From a virus (Duplodnaviria > Caudoviricetes): 29,926 nucleotides of DNA. A model generated the notes under the pieces. The model was given only the letters and a program-made list of their open reading frames with translations. It ran no database searches and was not told where the DNA came from. Positions within the stretch are counted from its first letter, which is position 1, and the number at the start of each line of letters is the position of its first letter. This document shows positions 1 to 10,040 of this stretch, piece by piece. The stretch is taken from IMG/VR virus record IMGVR_UViG_3300026735_000004, positions 1 through 29,926 of that record, one strand, 5' to 3'. Position numbers and translations under genes: made by a program.

Positions 1-28
1 CGCGAATCCCCCAAAAAATCAAAAAGAA

Positions 29-75
29 AAATCTCGCTAAATCTTGCTAAATCTCGCTAAATCTCGCTAAATCTC
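29..75. repeat. 10-bp tandem repeat (AAATCTCGCT x ~4.7) beside the cos end; candidate terminase-binding array
   Basis: ATCTCGCTAA at 31-40, 51-60, 61-70, variant ATCTTGCTAA at 41-50, partial copy at 71-75. Confidence 0.85.
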
Positions 76-145
76 AAATAAAAAGGAAATTATATGGCTA
101 TATGCTAATATTTTGGCTCGTATGAGCGTGTTTATATCATTACGA

Positions 146-151
146 TATAAT
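146..151 (+). promoter_or_regulatory. Candidate late promoter -10 box without a consensus -35
   Basis: TATAAT upstream of terS; position fits a phage-activated late promoter. Confidence 0.4.
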
Positions 152-232
152 TTAAGTCTAATTAACTTAACGCTCACAGGAACGAAAATATAGGCTTTAA
201 ACGATATAACCACATTTAAAAGAAAGGATAAT

Positions 233-757
233 ATGCAAACACAAAAAGGTGGCAGACCCACAATTTTACCTAAGATGTATGAAGAACCGCTTTTTAGCCA
301 AATCATTGATAAAATTGAATCAGGCTGTAATGACAGAGAAATCTACACCAGTTTGCATTGTTCGGCTAAAACTTTTAGAAAGTGGCGAGATGACAATATA
401 AAGGCGTATGACGAAGCCAAAAGCATTGCTAGGGGAAATCTATTAGAACTAGCCGAAAGTGCCTTAGCGAGCAAACTGACAGTCAGAACGCTAAAAGAAA
501 CAGAAACAATATATGACGCTGACGGAAACGTTGAAAAAGTAAAGGTTAAAGAGAAAGAACTTGATAAAGATAGCTTGGTAGCAATGATGGTTGCTAAGGC
601 TGGAAACCCTGAACTTTATAACCCTACTGAATGGCGGAGATTGCAACAGGAAGAATCAAGTGCTCATGACCTTAAAGCTAAAATTGAAGAACTTGACGAC
701 TATAAGCTAAGTAAGTATAAAACGCCAGAAATCAAAGTCCCAGAGGGGTTTGAATGA
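233..757 (+). CDS. terS: Terminase small subunit
   Basis: First late gene, N-terminal GGRPT and HTH-like segment, RBS GAAAGGA, upstream of terL. Confidence 0.85.
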   Translation: MQTQKGGRPTILPKMYEEPLFSQIIDKIESGCNDREIYTSLHCSAKTFRKWRDDNIKAYDEAKSIARGNLLELAESALASKLTVRTLKETETIYDADGNVEKVKVKEKELDKDSLVAMMVAKAGNPELYNPTEWRRLQQEESSAHDLKAKIEELDDYKLSKYKTPEIKVPEGFE

Positions 758-984
758 AAAAATATTGGGTAGTTGAAGACCATTTGGGCGGAGGACTTTA
801 TCTGATGTCAGAAAATACTCCAGAAAAAGAATTAGAAGAAGTTGAAGATTATTGTGAGACGTGTGGAGACAACGATTCTATTATTGGTCAGTTTTCAAAC
901 TGGAAACAACTTAAAAAAGAAATGACTGATGACGAAGGTTGGTGTCCATATTCAGATGAATATTTGCAATCAGTATTTGAATAG
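754..984 (+). CDS. Hypothetical acidic protein with CxxC
   Basis: 76 aa, ATGA overlap with the terS stop, RBS GAGGGG. Confidence 0.75.
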   Translation: MKKYWVVEDHLGGGLYLMSENTPEKELEEVEDYCETCGDNDSIIGQFSNWKQLKKEMTDDEGWCPYSDEYLQSVFE

Positions 985-995
985 AAAGGGAATGA

Positions 996-2618
996 ATGTA
1001 TTATTTAAATAAAATGTTGGAATACAACAAAGAAAACGGCATTATTATTAATAAGTACATTCGCAAGACTATTCAGAAGCAAATACGTATTCATAACAAA
1101 TATATTTATCGCTATGACCGTGTTACGCAAGCTATTGAATGGATAGAAGACAACTTCTACCTGACTACTGGTAACCTGATGAAAATTGAGCTACTTCCAA
1201 CACAAAAATGGTGGTATGAGTTAATGTTAGGCTATGATATGGTTGATGAAAAAGGCGTTCAAGTCAACCTAATTAATGAGATTTTTCTTAATTTAGGCCG
1301 TGGATCAGGTAAGTCTAGTTTAATGGCTACGCGCGTGCTTAACTGGATGATTTTAGGCGGACAATATGGCGGAGAAAGTCTAGTTATTGCATACGATAAT
1401 ACACAGGCTAGACACGTATTTGACCAAGTTAGGAATCAAACGGAAGCAAGTGATACATTAAGAGTGTACAATGAAAACAAGATTTTCAAGAGTACAAAAC
1501 AAGGGCTAGAATTTACGTCTTTCAAAACCACTTTTAAAAAGCAAACAAATGATACTTTACGAGCGCAAGGTGGTAACAGTTCCCTTAATATATTTGATGA
1601 AGTCCATACCTATGGCGAGGATATAACAGAGTCAGTTAATAAAGGTTCACGTCAAAAACAAGATAACTGGCAAAGTATTTACATCACTTCTGGCGGACTT
1701 AAACGCGACGGACTTTATGATAAACTTGTTGAACGATTCAAATCAGAAGAAGAATTTTACAATGATAGGTCATTCGGCTTGCTTTACATGCTAGAAAATC
1801 ATGAGCAGGTCAAAGATAAAAAGAATTGGACTATGGCTTTACCACTTATTGGCAATGTTCCTAAGTGGTCAGGAGTTATTGAGGAGTACGAGCTTGCGCA
1901 AGGAGACCCAGCGTTACAGAATAAGTTCTTAGCGTTTAATATGGGCTTACCTATGCAGGATACAGCTTACTACTTCACTCCGCAAGACACTAAACTAACA
2001 GACTTTAATTTATCTGTATTTAATAAAAATAGAACTTATGTCGGAATTGACCTATCCTTAATTGGCGATTTAACCGCTGTATCGTTCGTTTGTGAGTTAG
2101 AGGGTAAAACTTACAGCCATACGCTAACTTTCTCTGTACGGTCTCAATATGAGCAACTGGACACAGAACAACAAGAGTTATGGACTGAATTCGTTGACAG
2201 AGGCGAACTAATCTTACTTGATACGGAATACATCAATGTGAACGACTTAATACCGCATATTAATGACTTTAGAACCAAAACAGGGTGCAGACTTAGAAAA
2301 GTCGGATACGACCCAGCTCGCTATGAAATTTTAAAAGGGCTGATTGAGCGTTATTTCTTTGACAAAGATGGAGACAACCAAAGAGCAATTCGACAAGGTT
2401 TCTCAATGAGTGACTATATCAAGCTATTAAAATCTAAGTTAGCGGAAAATAAACTTATCCATAACCAAAAAGTCATGCAGTGGGCTTTAAATAATACTGC
2501 TGTTAAAATCGGACAAAATGGGGACTATATGTATACTAAAAAACTTGAAAAAGATAAAATTGACCCTACTGTTGCTTTGACAATGGCTTTAGAAATGGCG
2601 GTGTCAGATGAAGTATAA
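996..2618 (+). CDS. terL: Terminase large subunit
   Basis: Walker A GRGSGKS, Walker B NIFDEVH, nuclease motifs VGIDLS and KIDPTVA. Confidence 0.97.
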   Translation: MYYLNKMLEYNKENGIIINKYIRKTIQKQIRIHNKYIYRYDRVTQAIEWIEDNFYLTTGNLMKIELLPTQKWWYELMLGYDMVDEKGVQVNLINEIFLNLGRGSGKSSLMATRVLNWMILGGQYGGESLVIAYDNTQARHVFDQVRNQTEASDTLRVYNENKIFKSTKQGLEFTSFKTTFKKQTNDTLRAQGGNSSLNIFDEVHTYGEDITESVNKGSRQKQDNWQSIYITSGGLKRDGLYDKLVERFKSEEEFYNDRSFGLLYMLENHEQVKDKKNWTMALPLIGNVPKWSGVIEEYELAQGDPALQNKFLAFNMGLPMQDTAYYFTPQDTKLTDFNLSVFNKNRTYVGIDLSLIGDLTAVSFVCELEGKTYSHTLTFSVRSQYEQLDTEQQELWTEFVDRGELILLDTEYINVNDLIPHINDFRTKTGCRLRKVGYDPARYEILKGLIERYFFDKDGDNQRAIRQGFSMSDYIKLLKSKLAENKLIHNQKVMQWALNNTAVKIGQNGDYMYTKKLEKDKIDPTVALTMALEMAVSDEV

Positions 2619-2892
2619 TGTTGACACAGTTCGAGAAAGTGGTTGGTATAATAAAAAAGAATGGTTGGCTGTCCGTGATTATGTAAGACAACGTGATAAG
2701 ATGACTTGCGTAAGATGTGGCGCATTCGGTGCTAAAAAATACGAAGTAGACCATATTATAGAACTAACTTGGGAAAATCTTGATGATTGGAAAATAGCGC
2801 TGAACCCTGATAACCTACAACTCCTTTGTAAGTCTTGCCATAACAAGAAGACAAGCGAGTATAAACGTGGGAAAGGTGTGAGTTTATGGTAG
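2608..2892 (+). CDS. Terminase-associated HNH endonuclease (HK97 gp74-like)
   Basis: CVRC...VDHI...[13 protein letters not shown] motif; lies between terL and portal. Confidence 0.92.
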   Translation: MKYNVDTVRESGWYNKKEWLAVRDYVRQRDKMTCVRCGAFGAKKYEVDHIIELTWENLDDWKIALNPDNLQLLCKSCHNKKTSEYKRGKGVSLW

Positions 2893-2904
2893 AAAGGGGA
2901 AAAA

Positions 2905-4041
2905 TTGAACTTATTCGGAAAAGTGGTATCATTTTCACGTGGAAAGCTAAACAATGATACTCAAAGAGTTACAGCGTGGCAAAACGAAGCGGTAGAATAT
3001 ACAAGTGCCTTTGTGACTAACATTCATAATAAAATCGCTAATGAAATAACAAAAGTAGAATTTAATCATGTTAAATATAAAAAGTCTGATGTTGGTTCTG
3101 ATACTTTGATTAGTATGGCAGGTTCTGACTTAGACGAGGTTCTAAACTGGAGTTCTAAGGGCGAACACAATAGCATGGAGTTTTGGCAGAAAGTAATTAA
3201 AAAGTTGCTATGCACGCGCTATGTTGACCTGTACCCTATATTTGATAGTGAAACAGGAGATCTATTAGACCTACTATTTGCTAACGATAAAAAAGAATAT
3301 AAACCTGAAGAATTAGTAAGGCTTATCAGTCCTTTTTATATCAATGAGGATACAAGTATTTTAGATAATGCTCTAGCTAGTATTCAAACTAAGCTGGAAC
3401 AAGGTAAATTGCGTGGCTTGTTGAAAATTAATGCCTTTCTTGATATTGATAATACGCAAGAGTATCGAGAAAAAGCCTTAACAACAATAAAGAACATGCA
3501 AGAGGGTTCGAGTTACAATGGTTTGACACCAGTTGATAACAAGACGGAAATTGTAGAACTTAAAAAAGATTATTCCGTTTTAAACAAAGATGAAATTGAC
3601 CTTATTAAATCGGAACTTTTGACAGGCTACTTTATGAATGAAAATATTTTGCTTGGTACTGCTACGCAAGAACAACAAATTTATTTTTATAACTCTACTA
3701 TCATTCCTTTACTGATTCAACTTGAAAAGGAACTGACTTATAAACTGATTTCAACAAACCGCAGACGAGTAGTTAAGGATAATTTATATTATGAACGCAT
3801 AATCGTAGATAACCAGCTATTCAAGTTTGCAACTTTGAAAGAATTAATTGACTTGTATCACGAAAATATCAACGCTCCTATTTTTACACAGAATCAACTT
3901 CTTGTTAAAATGGGCGAGCAACCAATCGAGGGCGGAGATATTTATGTCACAAACCTTAACGCAGTTGCTGTTAAAAACCTAAGTGATTTACAAGGCAATA
4001 GAAAGGACGTAACAAGCACAGATGAAACTAATAACCAATAG
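2905..4041 (+). CDS. Portal protein
   Basis: 378 aa, TTG start with RBS AAAGGGG, head-module position, HK97-portal-like C-terminus. Confidence 0.9.
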   Translation: MNLFGKVVSFSRGKLNNDTQRVTAWQNEAVEYTSAFVTNIHNKIANEITKVEFNHVKYKKSDVGSDTLISMAGSDLDEVLNWSSKGEHNSMEFWQKVIKKLLCTRYVDLYPIFDSETGDLLDLLFANDKKEYKPEELVRLISPFYINEDTSILDNALASIQTKLEQGKLRGLLKINAFLDIDNTQEYREKALTTIKNMQEGSSYNGLTPVDNKTEIVELKKDYSVLNKDEIDLIKSELLTGYFMNENILLGTATQEQQIYFYNSTIIPLLIQLEKELTYKLISTNRRRVVKDNLYYERIIVDNQLFKFATLKELIDLYHENINAPIFTQNQLLVKMGEQPIEGGDIYVTNLNAVAVKNLSDLQGNRKDVTSTDETNNQ

Positions 4042-4558
4042 TGCTGAAATTAAAGTAACTGAAAACGAGGACGGTTCTAAGTCGTTCCAAGGCATTGGTT
4101 CAGAAGTTGGCGTAGAGAATCGTAACGGTATTATCTTGACCCCTAACTGCATTGAGTTTGCTAGAGAACGATATCCATTGCTATATGAACACGGAGCTGG
4201 ATCTAGTGAAGTAATTGGGGACGCGAAAGTTTATTATGACTTAGCTTCTAATAAATACCTGACTGACTTTACGCTTTACGACAATGCACCAAACATTAAC
4301 AAAGCTGTGGAAAATGGAGCGTTTGATTCACTATCAATTGCCTATTACATTACAGATTATGAGTTTAATGAAAATGATGCTCTAGTTGTAAATAAAGCAC
4401 AGTTTAAAGAGATTTCTCTTGTTTCAGTACCAGCTGACCCTAACGCAAAGTTTATTCAAAATGCATTGGGCGAAGAACTCACAGAAGAACGTAACAAAAT
4501 TATTGAAAGCCGTAACGCTTTGAAAGAAATTGAGGATATTAAAAAGAAATATGAATAA
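4022..4558 (+). CDS. Prohead maturation protease (HK97-type)
   Basis: PLLYEH, LSIAY and EISLVSVPADPNA motifs. Confidence 0.92.
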   Translation: MKLITNSAEIKVTENEDGSKSFQGIGSEVGVENRNGIILTPNCIEFARERYPLLYEHGAGSSEVIGDAKVYYDLASNKYLTDFTLYDNAPNINKAVENGAFDSLSIAYYITDYEFNENDALVVNKAQFKEISLVSVPADPNAKFIQNALGEELTEERNKIIESRNALKEIEDIKKKYE

Positions 4559-5732
4559 ACCTGATTTAATCGAAAAACAGAACCGCTTGGCAGAACTTAA
4601 AGAAAATAACGTATCTTTAAAATCTCAAATTAGTGGCTTTGAAGTAAAAAATGCAATTGAAGACTTGCCAAAAGTACAAGAATTGGAAAAAACACTTTCA
4701 GAAAATTCAATTGAAATTATCAAAATTGAGAATGAACTTAACGCACAGGAAGAAAAACCAAAAGGAAAAGATAAAATGACAAACTTTATTGAATCACAAA
4801 ACGCTGTAACAGAATTTTTTGATGTATTGAAAAAGAACTCTGGAAAATCAGAAATTAAAAACGCTTGGAGCGCAAAACTTGCTGAAAATGGTGTAACTAT
4901 CACAGATAAGACTTTTGAGCTTCCACGTAAATTGGTTGATGAAATCAACACAGTTTTGTTAAATACTAACCCAGTGTTCAAAGTATTCCGTGTTACAAAT
5001 GTCGGCGCTTTGCTCGTATCACGCTCATTTGATTCAGCTAATGAAGCAAATCTCCACAAAGACGGACAACAAAAAGCAGAACAGGCTGCAACACTCACTA
5101 TTGATACTCTTGAACCTGTAATGGTTTATAAATTGCAATCACTTGCTGAACGTGTTAAACGACTTCAAATGTCATATTCTGACCTTTACAACTTGATTGT
5201 AGCGGAACTTACACAAGCTATTGTTAATAAAATTGTTGACCTTGCGCTTGTTGAGGGTGACGGAACAAACGGTTTTAAATCAATTGACAAAGAAGCAAAT
5301 GTCAAAAAAATCAAAAAGATTACTACAAAAGCTAAATCAGCAGGAACAACTCCATTCGCTAACGCTATTGAAGAAGCGGTTGACTTTGTTCGCCCTACTG
5401 CTGGACGTCGTTATTTGATTATTAAAGCAGAAGACCGTAAAGCCTTGTTAGATGAGTTACGTCAAGCAACTGCAAATGCTCACGTTCGTATTAAAAATGA
5501 TGACGCTGAAATTGCTTCAGAAGTTGGAGTTGATGAAATCATTGTCTATACAGGTACAAAGGCTGTTAAACCTACTGTATTGGTAGACCAAAAATATCAC
5601 GTTGACATGCAAGACCTTACAAAAGTTGATGCCTTTGAATGGAAAACTAACAGCAACATGATTTTGGTAGAAACACTAACAAGCGGTCATGTTGAAACTT
5701 ATAACGCTGGTGCAGTAATTACAGTAGCATAA
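4551..5732 (+). CDS. Major capsid protein with N-terminal coiled-coil scaffold
   Basis: ATG 4551 overlaps the protease stop; coiled-coil N-terminus; GDGTN motif; gene order. Confidence 0.92.
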   Translation: MNKPDLIEKQNRLAELKENNVSLKSQISGFEVKNAIEDLPKVQELEKTLSENSIEIIKIENELNAQEEKPKGKDKMTNFIESQNAVTEFFDVLKKNSGKSEIKNAWSAKLAENGVTITDKTFELPRKLVDEINTVLLNTNPVFKVFRVTNVGALLVSRSFDSANEANLHKDGQQKAEQAATLTIDTLEPVMVYKLQSLAERVKRLQMSYSDLYNLIVAELTQAIVNKIVDLALVEGDGTNGFKSIDKEANVKKIKKITTKAKSAGTTPFANAIEEAVDFVRPTAGRRYLIIKAEDRKALLDELRQATANAHVRIKNDDAEIASEVGVDEIIVYTGTKAVKPTVLVDQKYHVDMQDLTKVDAFEWKTNSNMILVETLTSGHVETYNAGAVITVA

Positions 5733-5752
5733 GAATAAAATGGAGGAAGTAA

Positions 5753-6016
5753 ATGATAGATTATATTAAGGTCTATTGTGGTATTCCGATTTTAGTGACA
5801 GCTTATGATAGTAAACTTATCTTATTCCGTTCAATAGCTATTAAATTGCTAGAAAAAAATGGTATTAAAGCTGACGAAACAAGCGTATTAGTTAAAGACT
5901 TTATTTCTTGTTATTGTCGGCTTAATATTGTTGATGAACCAGCAGAACAATGGCGAAATGCTGAAATGAAACGTTTGGCTTCTTTGCAAGAGTTAATGTA
6001 TTATGGAGGTATTTAA
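5753..6016 (+). CDS. Head-tail connector protein
   Basis: 87 aa, RBS GGAGG, directly after capsid gene. Confidence 0.75.
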   Translation: MIDYIKVYCGIPILVTAYDSKLILFRSIAIKLLEKNGIKADETSVLVKDFISCYCRLNIVDEPAEQWRNAEMKRLASLQELMYYGGI

Positions 6017-6330
6017 TGATATTCTCACAAGTTACATTACAGGTAGAAACGACTGTTAAGAAGAAGAACGGTGCAGAAGCTAATGTTATAAAGCCTATCG
6101 TTTTACCAGCAGTTAAACAGAGAATTAGTCAGACAAGGCTTGATGAGTTTTCTATGATTGGGCTAGGTAAAAACGTAAGATACGAGCTTAACGGAATCGG
6201 AGAAATGGAAGACTTGATTTTCAACTATTTCTTGGACGAAAAAGGCGAAACTTTCAAGCGTACAACATGGGAAAGAAACCCTAAGAATAACAAGATGATT
6301 TTAGAGGGGGTAGTAAGCAATGGAATTTGA
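6016..6330 (+). CDS. Head-tail joining protein
   Basis: 104 aa, translationally coupled, connector-module position. Confidence 0.7.
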   Translation: MIFSQVTLQVETTVKKKNGAEANVIKPIVLPAVKQRISQTRLDEFSMIGLGKNVRYELNGIGEMEDLIFNYFLDEKGETFKRTTWERNPKNNKMILEGVVSNGI

Positions 6331-6658
6331 TTCTTATATAGATTGGTATAACAATTTGCTTACAATGCCTCTAAATGACGTTATTTTAGGCGTTAAGGAC
6401 ACGATAGAAGACAAGACGGTATATTTATCACTTAGTGACTCAAAGGTCATTAAAATGGATAATACGAGCTTTGTCATGGGTTACTATTATCAAGTTGTTT
6501 TATCTGTTAAAGATGTTGACGATGAACTTGTAGGACTAGTCGGAAATGTTTTACAAAACGGTTGGAATATGACGAACTGGTCAGAGAATAGCCATTTGTA
6601 CAATTATACTGGTACTGTTTATTTGCCTTGTGGTGCAGGTGGTCAAGCATGGCAATGA
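6320..6658 (+). CDS. Tail completion/terminator-type structural protein
   Basis: 112 aa, RBS GAGGGGG, connector-module position. Confidence 0.65.
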   Translation: MEFDSYIDWYNNLLTMPLNDVILGVKDTIEDKTVYLSLSDSKVIKMDNTSFVMGYYYQVVLSVKDVDDELVGLVGNVLQNGWNMTNWSENSHLYNYTGTVYLPCGAGGQAWQ

Positions 6659-7014
6659 ATTTACTTAATACAGCAAGCATAGCTAAAGAAATGCAAACTA
6701 AAGTAACAGAACGCATGGGCGATTGGTTTGAAGCAGAATTTAAAGCTAAAGCGAATAGTGCAAGCCGAAGAACTAGATTAATTAGAAGTCATGGTCACAC
6801 CTATACTTATGCTAGATACCAAAATACTGGTCAATTATCAAGTAACTTAAAACAAGTTAAAAAAGGCGATAAAATAGTTATTGACGCAGGTACTAGAGCT
6901 AATTATACTAGCGGTTATCATGGTATGTACTTTTTAAGAAATAAAAAAGGTATGCAAGATGTCAAAACAACATTGAAGAAAGGCTCTAATTATGCTAATT
7001 CAATGAAATTATAA
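6649..7014 (+). CDS. Basic head-tail/tail completion protein
   Basis: ATG 6649 (MAMNLL) overlaps previous gene; TGQLSSNL motif. Confidence 0.65.
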   Translation: MAMNLLNTASIAKEMQTKVTERMGDWFEAEFKAKANSASRRTRLIRSHGHTYTYARYQNTGQLSSNLKQVKKGDKIVIDAGTRANYTSGYHGMYFLRNKKGMQDVKTTLKKGSNYANSMKL

Positions 7015-7069
7015 AAGTAGAAAGTAGCTTAATTACATTTTATTGAAATTAACGATAATAGTATTTTAA

Positions 7070-8779
7070 ATGAGTTTAGATAATTTTAGAAATAGAACGA
7101 TTATATGGGATACAGTCAATAAAGACTTCCCACAACCAATACAAACAATGCAAGGCGACGTCAATGCTAGAACGTTATTGATTAAAATAGTTGATAACGG
7201 AACTGAAATTGATTTAACAGGTCATTCTTTAAGGCTTACATATCAATATACTCACAACAGCAATTCAGGATTTATTGTTATTCCTCCTAAGAACTTAACT
7301 AAGGGAGAGTTTATTTTGGTGATTCCTACTGAAATGACAACAACTGGAGTTATCGAGGCAAATTTAATTCTCCTCAACGAAAGTTTAGAGCAAGTTATCG
7401 TCAGTAAGAATTTAACATTCATATCAGATAATTCTACGGTTACAGATTTAGTTCAAGAAGTAAATAATAAGATTGATGATTTTACAAAATTATTATTTAA
7501 TCAAACAGATTTAGAAAATTTACAGTCTGCTGTTAATAATCAATCGGCAACCATTTCAACAAAAGCCAATCAAACGGATTTAGACAACTTACAAGCTACT
7601 GTTAATAGTCAAGACATTGCAATTTCAACAAAAGTTGAACAATCAGACTTATTAATAACAAATAAAAATGTAACAACTGCTCAAGCAACAGCGAATCAAG
7701 CTAAAACCGATGCCCAAGCTGCAATGACAAAAGCTACCGAAGCACAAGCAAACAGCTTACCACTTAATGGCATTGCGGTTAGTGCAAGTAAATTGGCAAC
7801 ACCTAGAAAACTTGGAGTAAATCTTCAATCCTCGGAATATCAATACTTTGACGGAACTGCTGATGCAACTAATATTGGAGTTTCAGGGGTGCTTCCAATT
7901 GCAAATGGCGGTACGGCAACAAATGACGGAGTTATTAACACCATCGCCTACGCCAACAGCGCAGACGGCACGGACGGTTTCACGACTGTTTATCCGAACT
8001 TGAATTTGTTGAATAATACAAGAATCACTCAAGCAAATTTAAATTCGGGTTATTGGCGTGCAACAGGCGGAAGTTTGTTATCAGTCGGTTCTAATAATGG
8101 GATTAAAGTAATTAATAATGGCGGAGCTATTGGTAGTGCAGGCGGTTTTTCTTACGGAAAACCAACAAATGTAAATGCTGGTGATGCTATCACGCTTAGT
8201 TGTTTTGTAAAAAATATTGGAACGGTAGAGATTAAAAACTTTTCGCTGTCAATGGCATTCTACGGAACATCTAATTCATATCCTGCTAAGGGTAACCTTG
8301 TAGTTCCAAATGACGGTAAATCCTACTTTTTCAGTTTAACGGTTATTGTTCCAAGTAGTGCCACTACAGCTTACCCACGTTGGTTTGATATAGCAACTGC
8401 TGTTAATGAACAACATATTTTTGAAGTATATGGAATGAAACTAGAACTAGGTTCAGTCGCAACTCCATACATGCCCTCAGCTAGTGAAGTCACAATTGCT
8501 GATTATCCAAAGTATGTAGGTTTTAGCAATATTATCAAACCTAATAAGACAAATTCTGATTATAAATGGTTGCCAATGGGGTTAGTATCAATTGATAGGG
8601 CTACTGGCCTACTTAAGCCTGCGGTCATGGGTATAGATTATGCTCAAGCTCACCCAGTTGGCTCGGTAGTCACAAATACTTCAAGTTCATCATCAGGGTA
8701 TTCTACCGGAACATGGGAAAACATCGGTTCAGCAGTAATTGGTTCAACAACAATATATTATTGGAAACGTACTGCATAA
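7070..8779 (+). CDS. nps: Neck passage structure (collar/whisker) protein with carbohydrate-binding module
   Basis: BppU-like N-terminus (QGDVNARTL), coiled-coil repeats, AYANSADGTDGF...ATPYMPS...DYKW cassette, HPVGS...WKRTA end; inserted before the major tail gene. Confidence 0.85.
   Translation: MSLDNFRNRTIIWDTVNKDFPQPIQTMQGDVNARTLLIKIVDNGTEIDLTGHSLRLTYQYTHNSNSGFIVIPPKNLTKGEFILVIPTEMTTTGVIEANLILLNESLEQVIVSKNLTFISDNSTVTDLVQEVNNKIDDFTKLLFNQTDLENLQSAVNNQSATISTKANQTDLDNLQATVNSQDIAISTKVEQSDLLITNKNVTTAQATANQAKTDAQAAMTKATEAQANSLPLNGIAVSASKLATPRKLGVNLQSSEYQYFDGTADATNIGVSGVLPIANGGTATNDGVINTIAYANSADGTDGFTTVYPNLNLLNNTRITQANLNSGYWRATGGSLLSVGSNNGIKVINNGGAIGSAGGFSYGKPTNVNAGDAITLSCFVKNIGTVEIKNFSLSMAFYGTSNSYPAKGNLVVPNDGKSYFFSLTVIVPSSATTAYPRWFDIATAVNEQHIFEVYGMKLELGSVATPYMPSASEVTIADYPKYVGFSNIIKPNKTNSDYKWLPMGLVSIDRATGLLKPAVMGIDYAQAHPVGSVVTNTSSSSSGYSTGTWENIGSAVIGSTTIYYWKRTA
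7499..7651 (+). repeat. 69-bp (23-aa) coiled-coil repeats in NPS
   Basis: NQTDLENLQSAVNNQSATISTKA / NQTDLDNLQATVNSQDIAISTKV / EQSDL. Confidence 0.8.
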
Positions 8780-8802
8780 AAATATAAAAAGGAAAATAAA
8801 AA

Positions 8803-9708
8803 ATGAAATTAGATTATAACTCACGTGAGATTTTCTTTGGTAATGAAGCTCTAATCGTAGCTGATATGACTAAGGGAAGTAACGGAAAACCAGAGTTTAC
8901 TAACCATAAAATTGTAACTGGTTTAGTATCAGTTGGCGCAATGGAAGACCAAGCGGAGACTAACAGCTATCCAGCTGATGACGTGCCAGACCATGGAGTG
9001 AAAAAAGGTGCTACCTTACTTCAAGGCGAAATGGTATTCATTCAAACAGACCAATCGCTTAAAGAAGACATTTTAGGTCAACAAAGAACAGAAAATGGCT
9101 TGGGTTGGTCTCCTACTGGTAATTGGAAAACGAAATGTGTTCAATACCTTATTAAAGGGCGTAAGCGTGATAAAGTTACAGGGGAATTTGTTGACGGTTA
9201 TCGCGTAGTTGTTTATCCAAATTTGAGACCAACAGCAGAAGCAACAAAAGAATCAGAAACAGATTCAGTTGACGGTGTAGACCCTATCCAATGGACTTTG
9301 GCAGTACAAGCGACTGAGTCAGATATTTATTTGAATGGCGGTAAAAAAGTCCCTGCTATTGAGTACGAAATTTGGGGAGAACAAGCAAAAGATTTCGTCA
9401 AGAAAATGGAAAGTGGTTTATTCATTATGCAACCTGATACAGTTCTAGCTGGTGGAATTACACTTGTAGCTCCTGTTATTCCTAATGTGACTACTGCTAC
9501 AAAGGGTCATAATAACGGAACAATCGTAGTGCCTGCCACTTTGAAAGATTCTAAGGGTGGAACTGTAAAAGTAACATCAGTGATTAATGACGCACATGGA
9601 AAAGTAGCAACAAACGGAGAACTTGCTCCAGGTGCCTATAACGTAAAGTTCTCCGCTGAGGGTTATAAAGATGTTGCCGCAGGAGTTTCAGTAACTGACC
9701 ATTCATAA
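8803..9708 (+). CDS. Major tail protein with C-terminal accessory domain
   Basis: 301 aa, MKLDYNSREIFFGNE start recognised as 936-group tail tube protein; gene order. Confidence 0.9.
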   Translation: MKLDYNSREIFFGNEALIVADMTKGSNGKPEFTNHKIVTGLVSVGAMEDQAETNSYPADDVPDHGVKKGATLLQGEMVFIQTDQSLKEDILGQQRTENGLGWSPTGNWKTKCVQYLIKGRKRDKVTGEFVDGYRVVVYPNLRPTAEATKESETDSVDGVDPIQWTLAVQATESDIYLNGGKKVPAIEYEIWGEQAKDFVKKMESGLFIMQPDTVLAGGITLVAPVIPNVTTATKGHNNGTIVVPATLKDSKGGTVKVTSVINDAHGKVATNGELAPGAYNVKFSAEGYKDVAAGVSVTDHS

Positions 9709-9745
9709 GACTAAAAATAGATTAAGTAAAGGAATATAAAATAAA

Positions 9746-10021
9746 ATGGCAAAACAATTGAGTACAGCACGTAAATTTAAAATGATTACAGGTAAAGACC
9801 TTTTCCAACAACAAAAGGCAATGGATACAGAACTTAAAAAAGAAGACGGAGAAATTACTGACCTAATGGAGTTCGTTCAATATGGTCTATACTTGGCTCT
9901 TTTTCAAGATAACATTGTAAAAGCTAAAAGTGACTTCTCTGACTTCCGTTCTAGCTTCGAGTTCGATACTGACGGTAAAGGGCTTAAAGAACTTGTCGAA
10001 TTATGGCAGAAAGAAATTTAA
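9746..10021 (+). CDS. Tail assembly chaperone
   Basis: 91 aa between major tail and tape measure genes. Confidence 0.7.
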   Translation: MAKQLSTARKFKMITGKDLFQQQKAMDTELKKEDGEITDLMEFVQYGLYLALFQDNIVKAKSDFSDFRSSFEFDTDGKGLKELVELWQKEI

Positions 10022-10040
10022 TGAGCTGAAAGGACTGTAA

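Noticed and set aside
2608-2892. HNH gene as a mobile homing endonuclease
   Set aside because: Size and position match the standard cos-packaging cofactor
9690-9745. TpeX frameshift extension of the major tail protein
   Set aside because: No CCC-stop site and only 37 nt before the next gene
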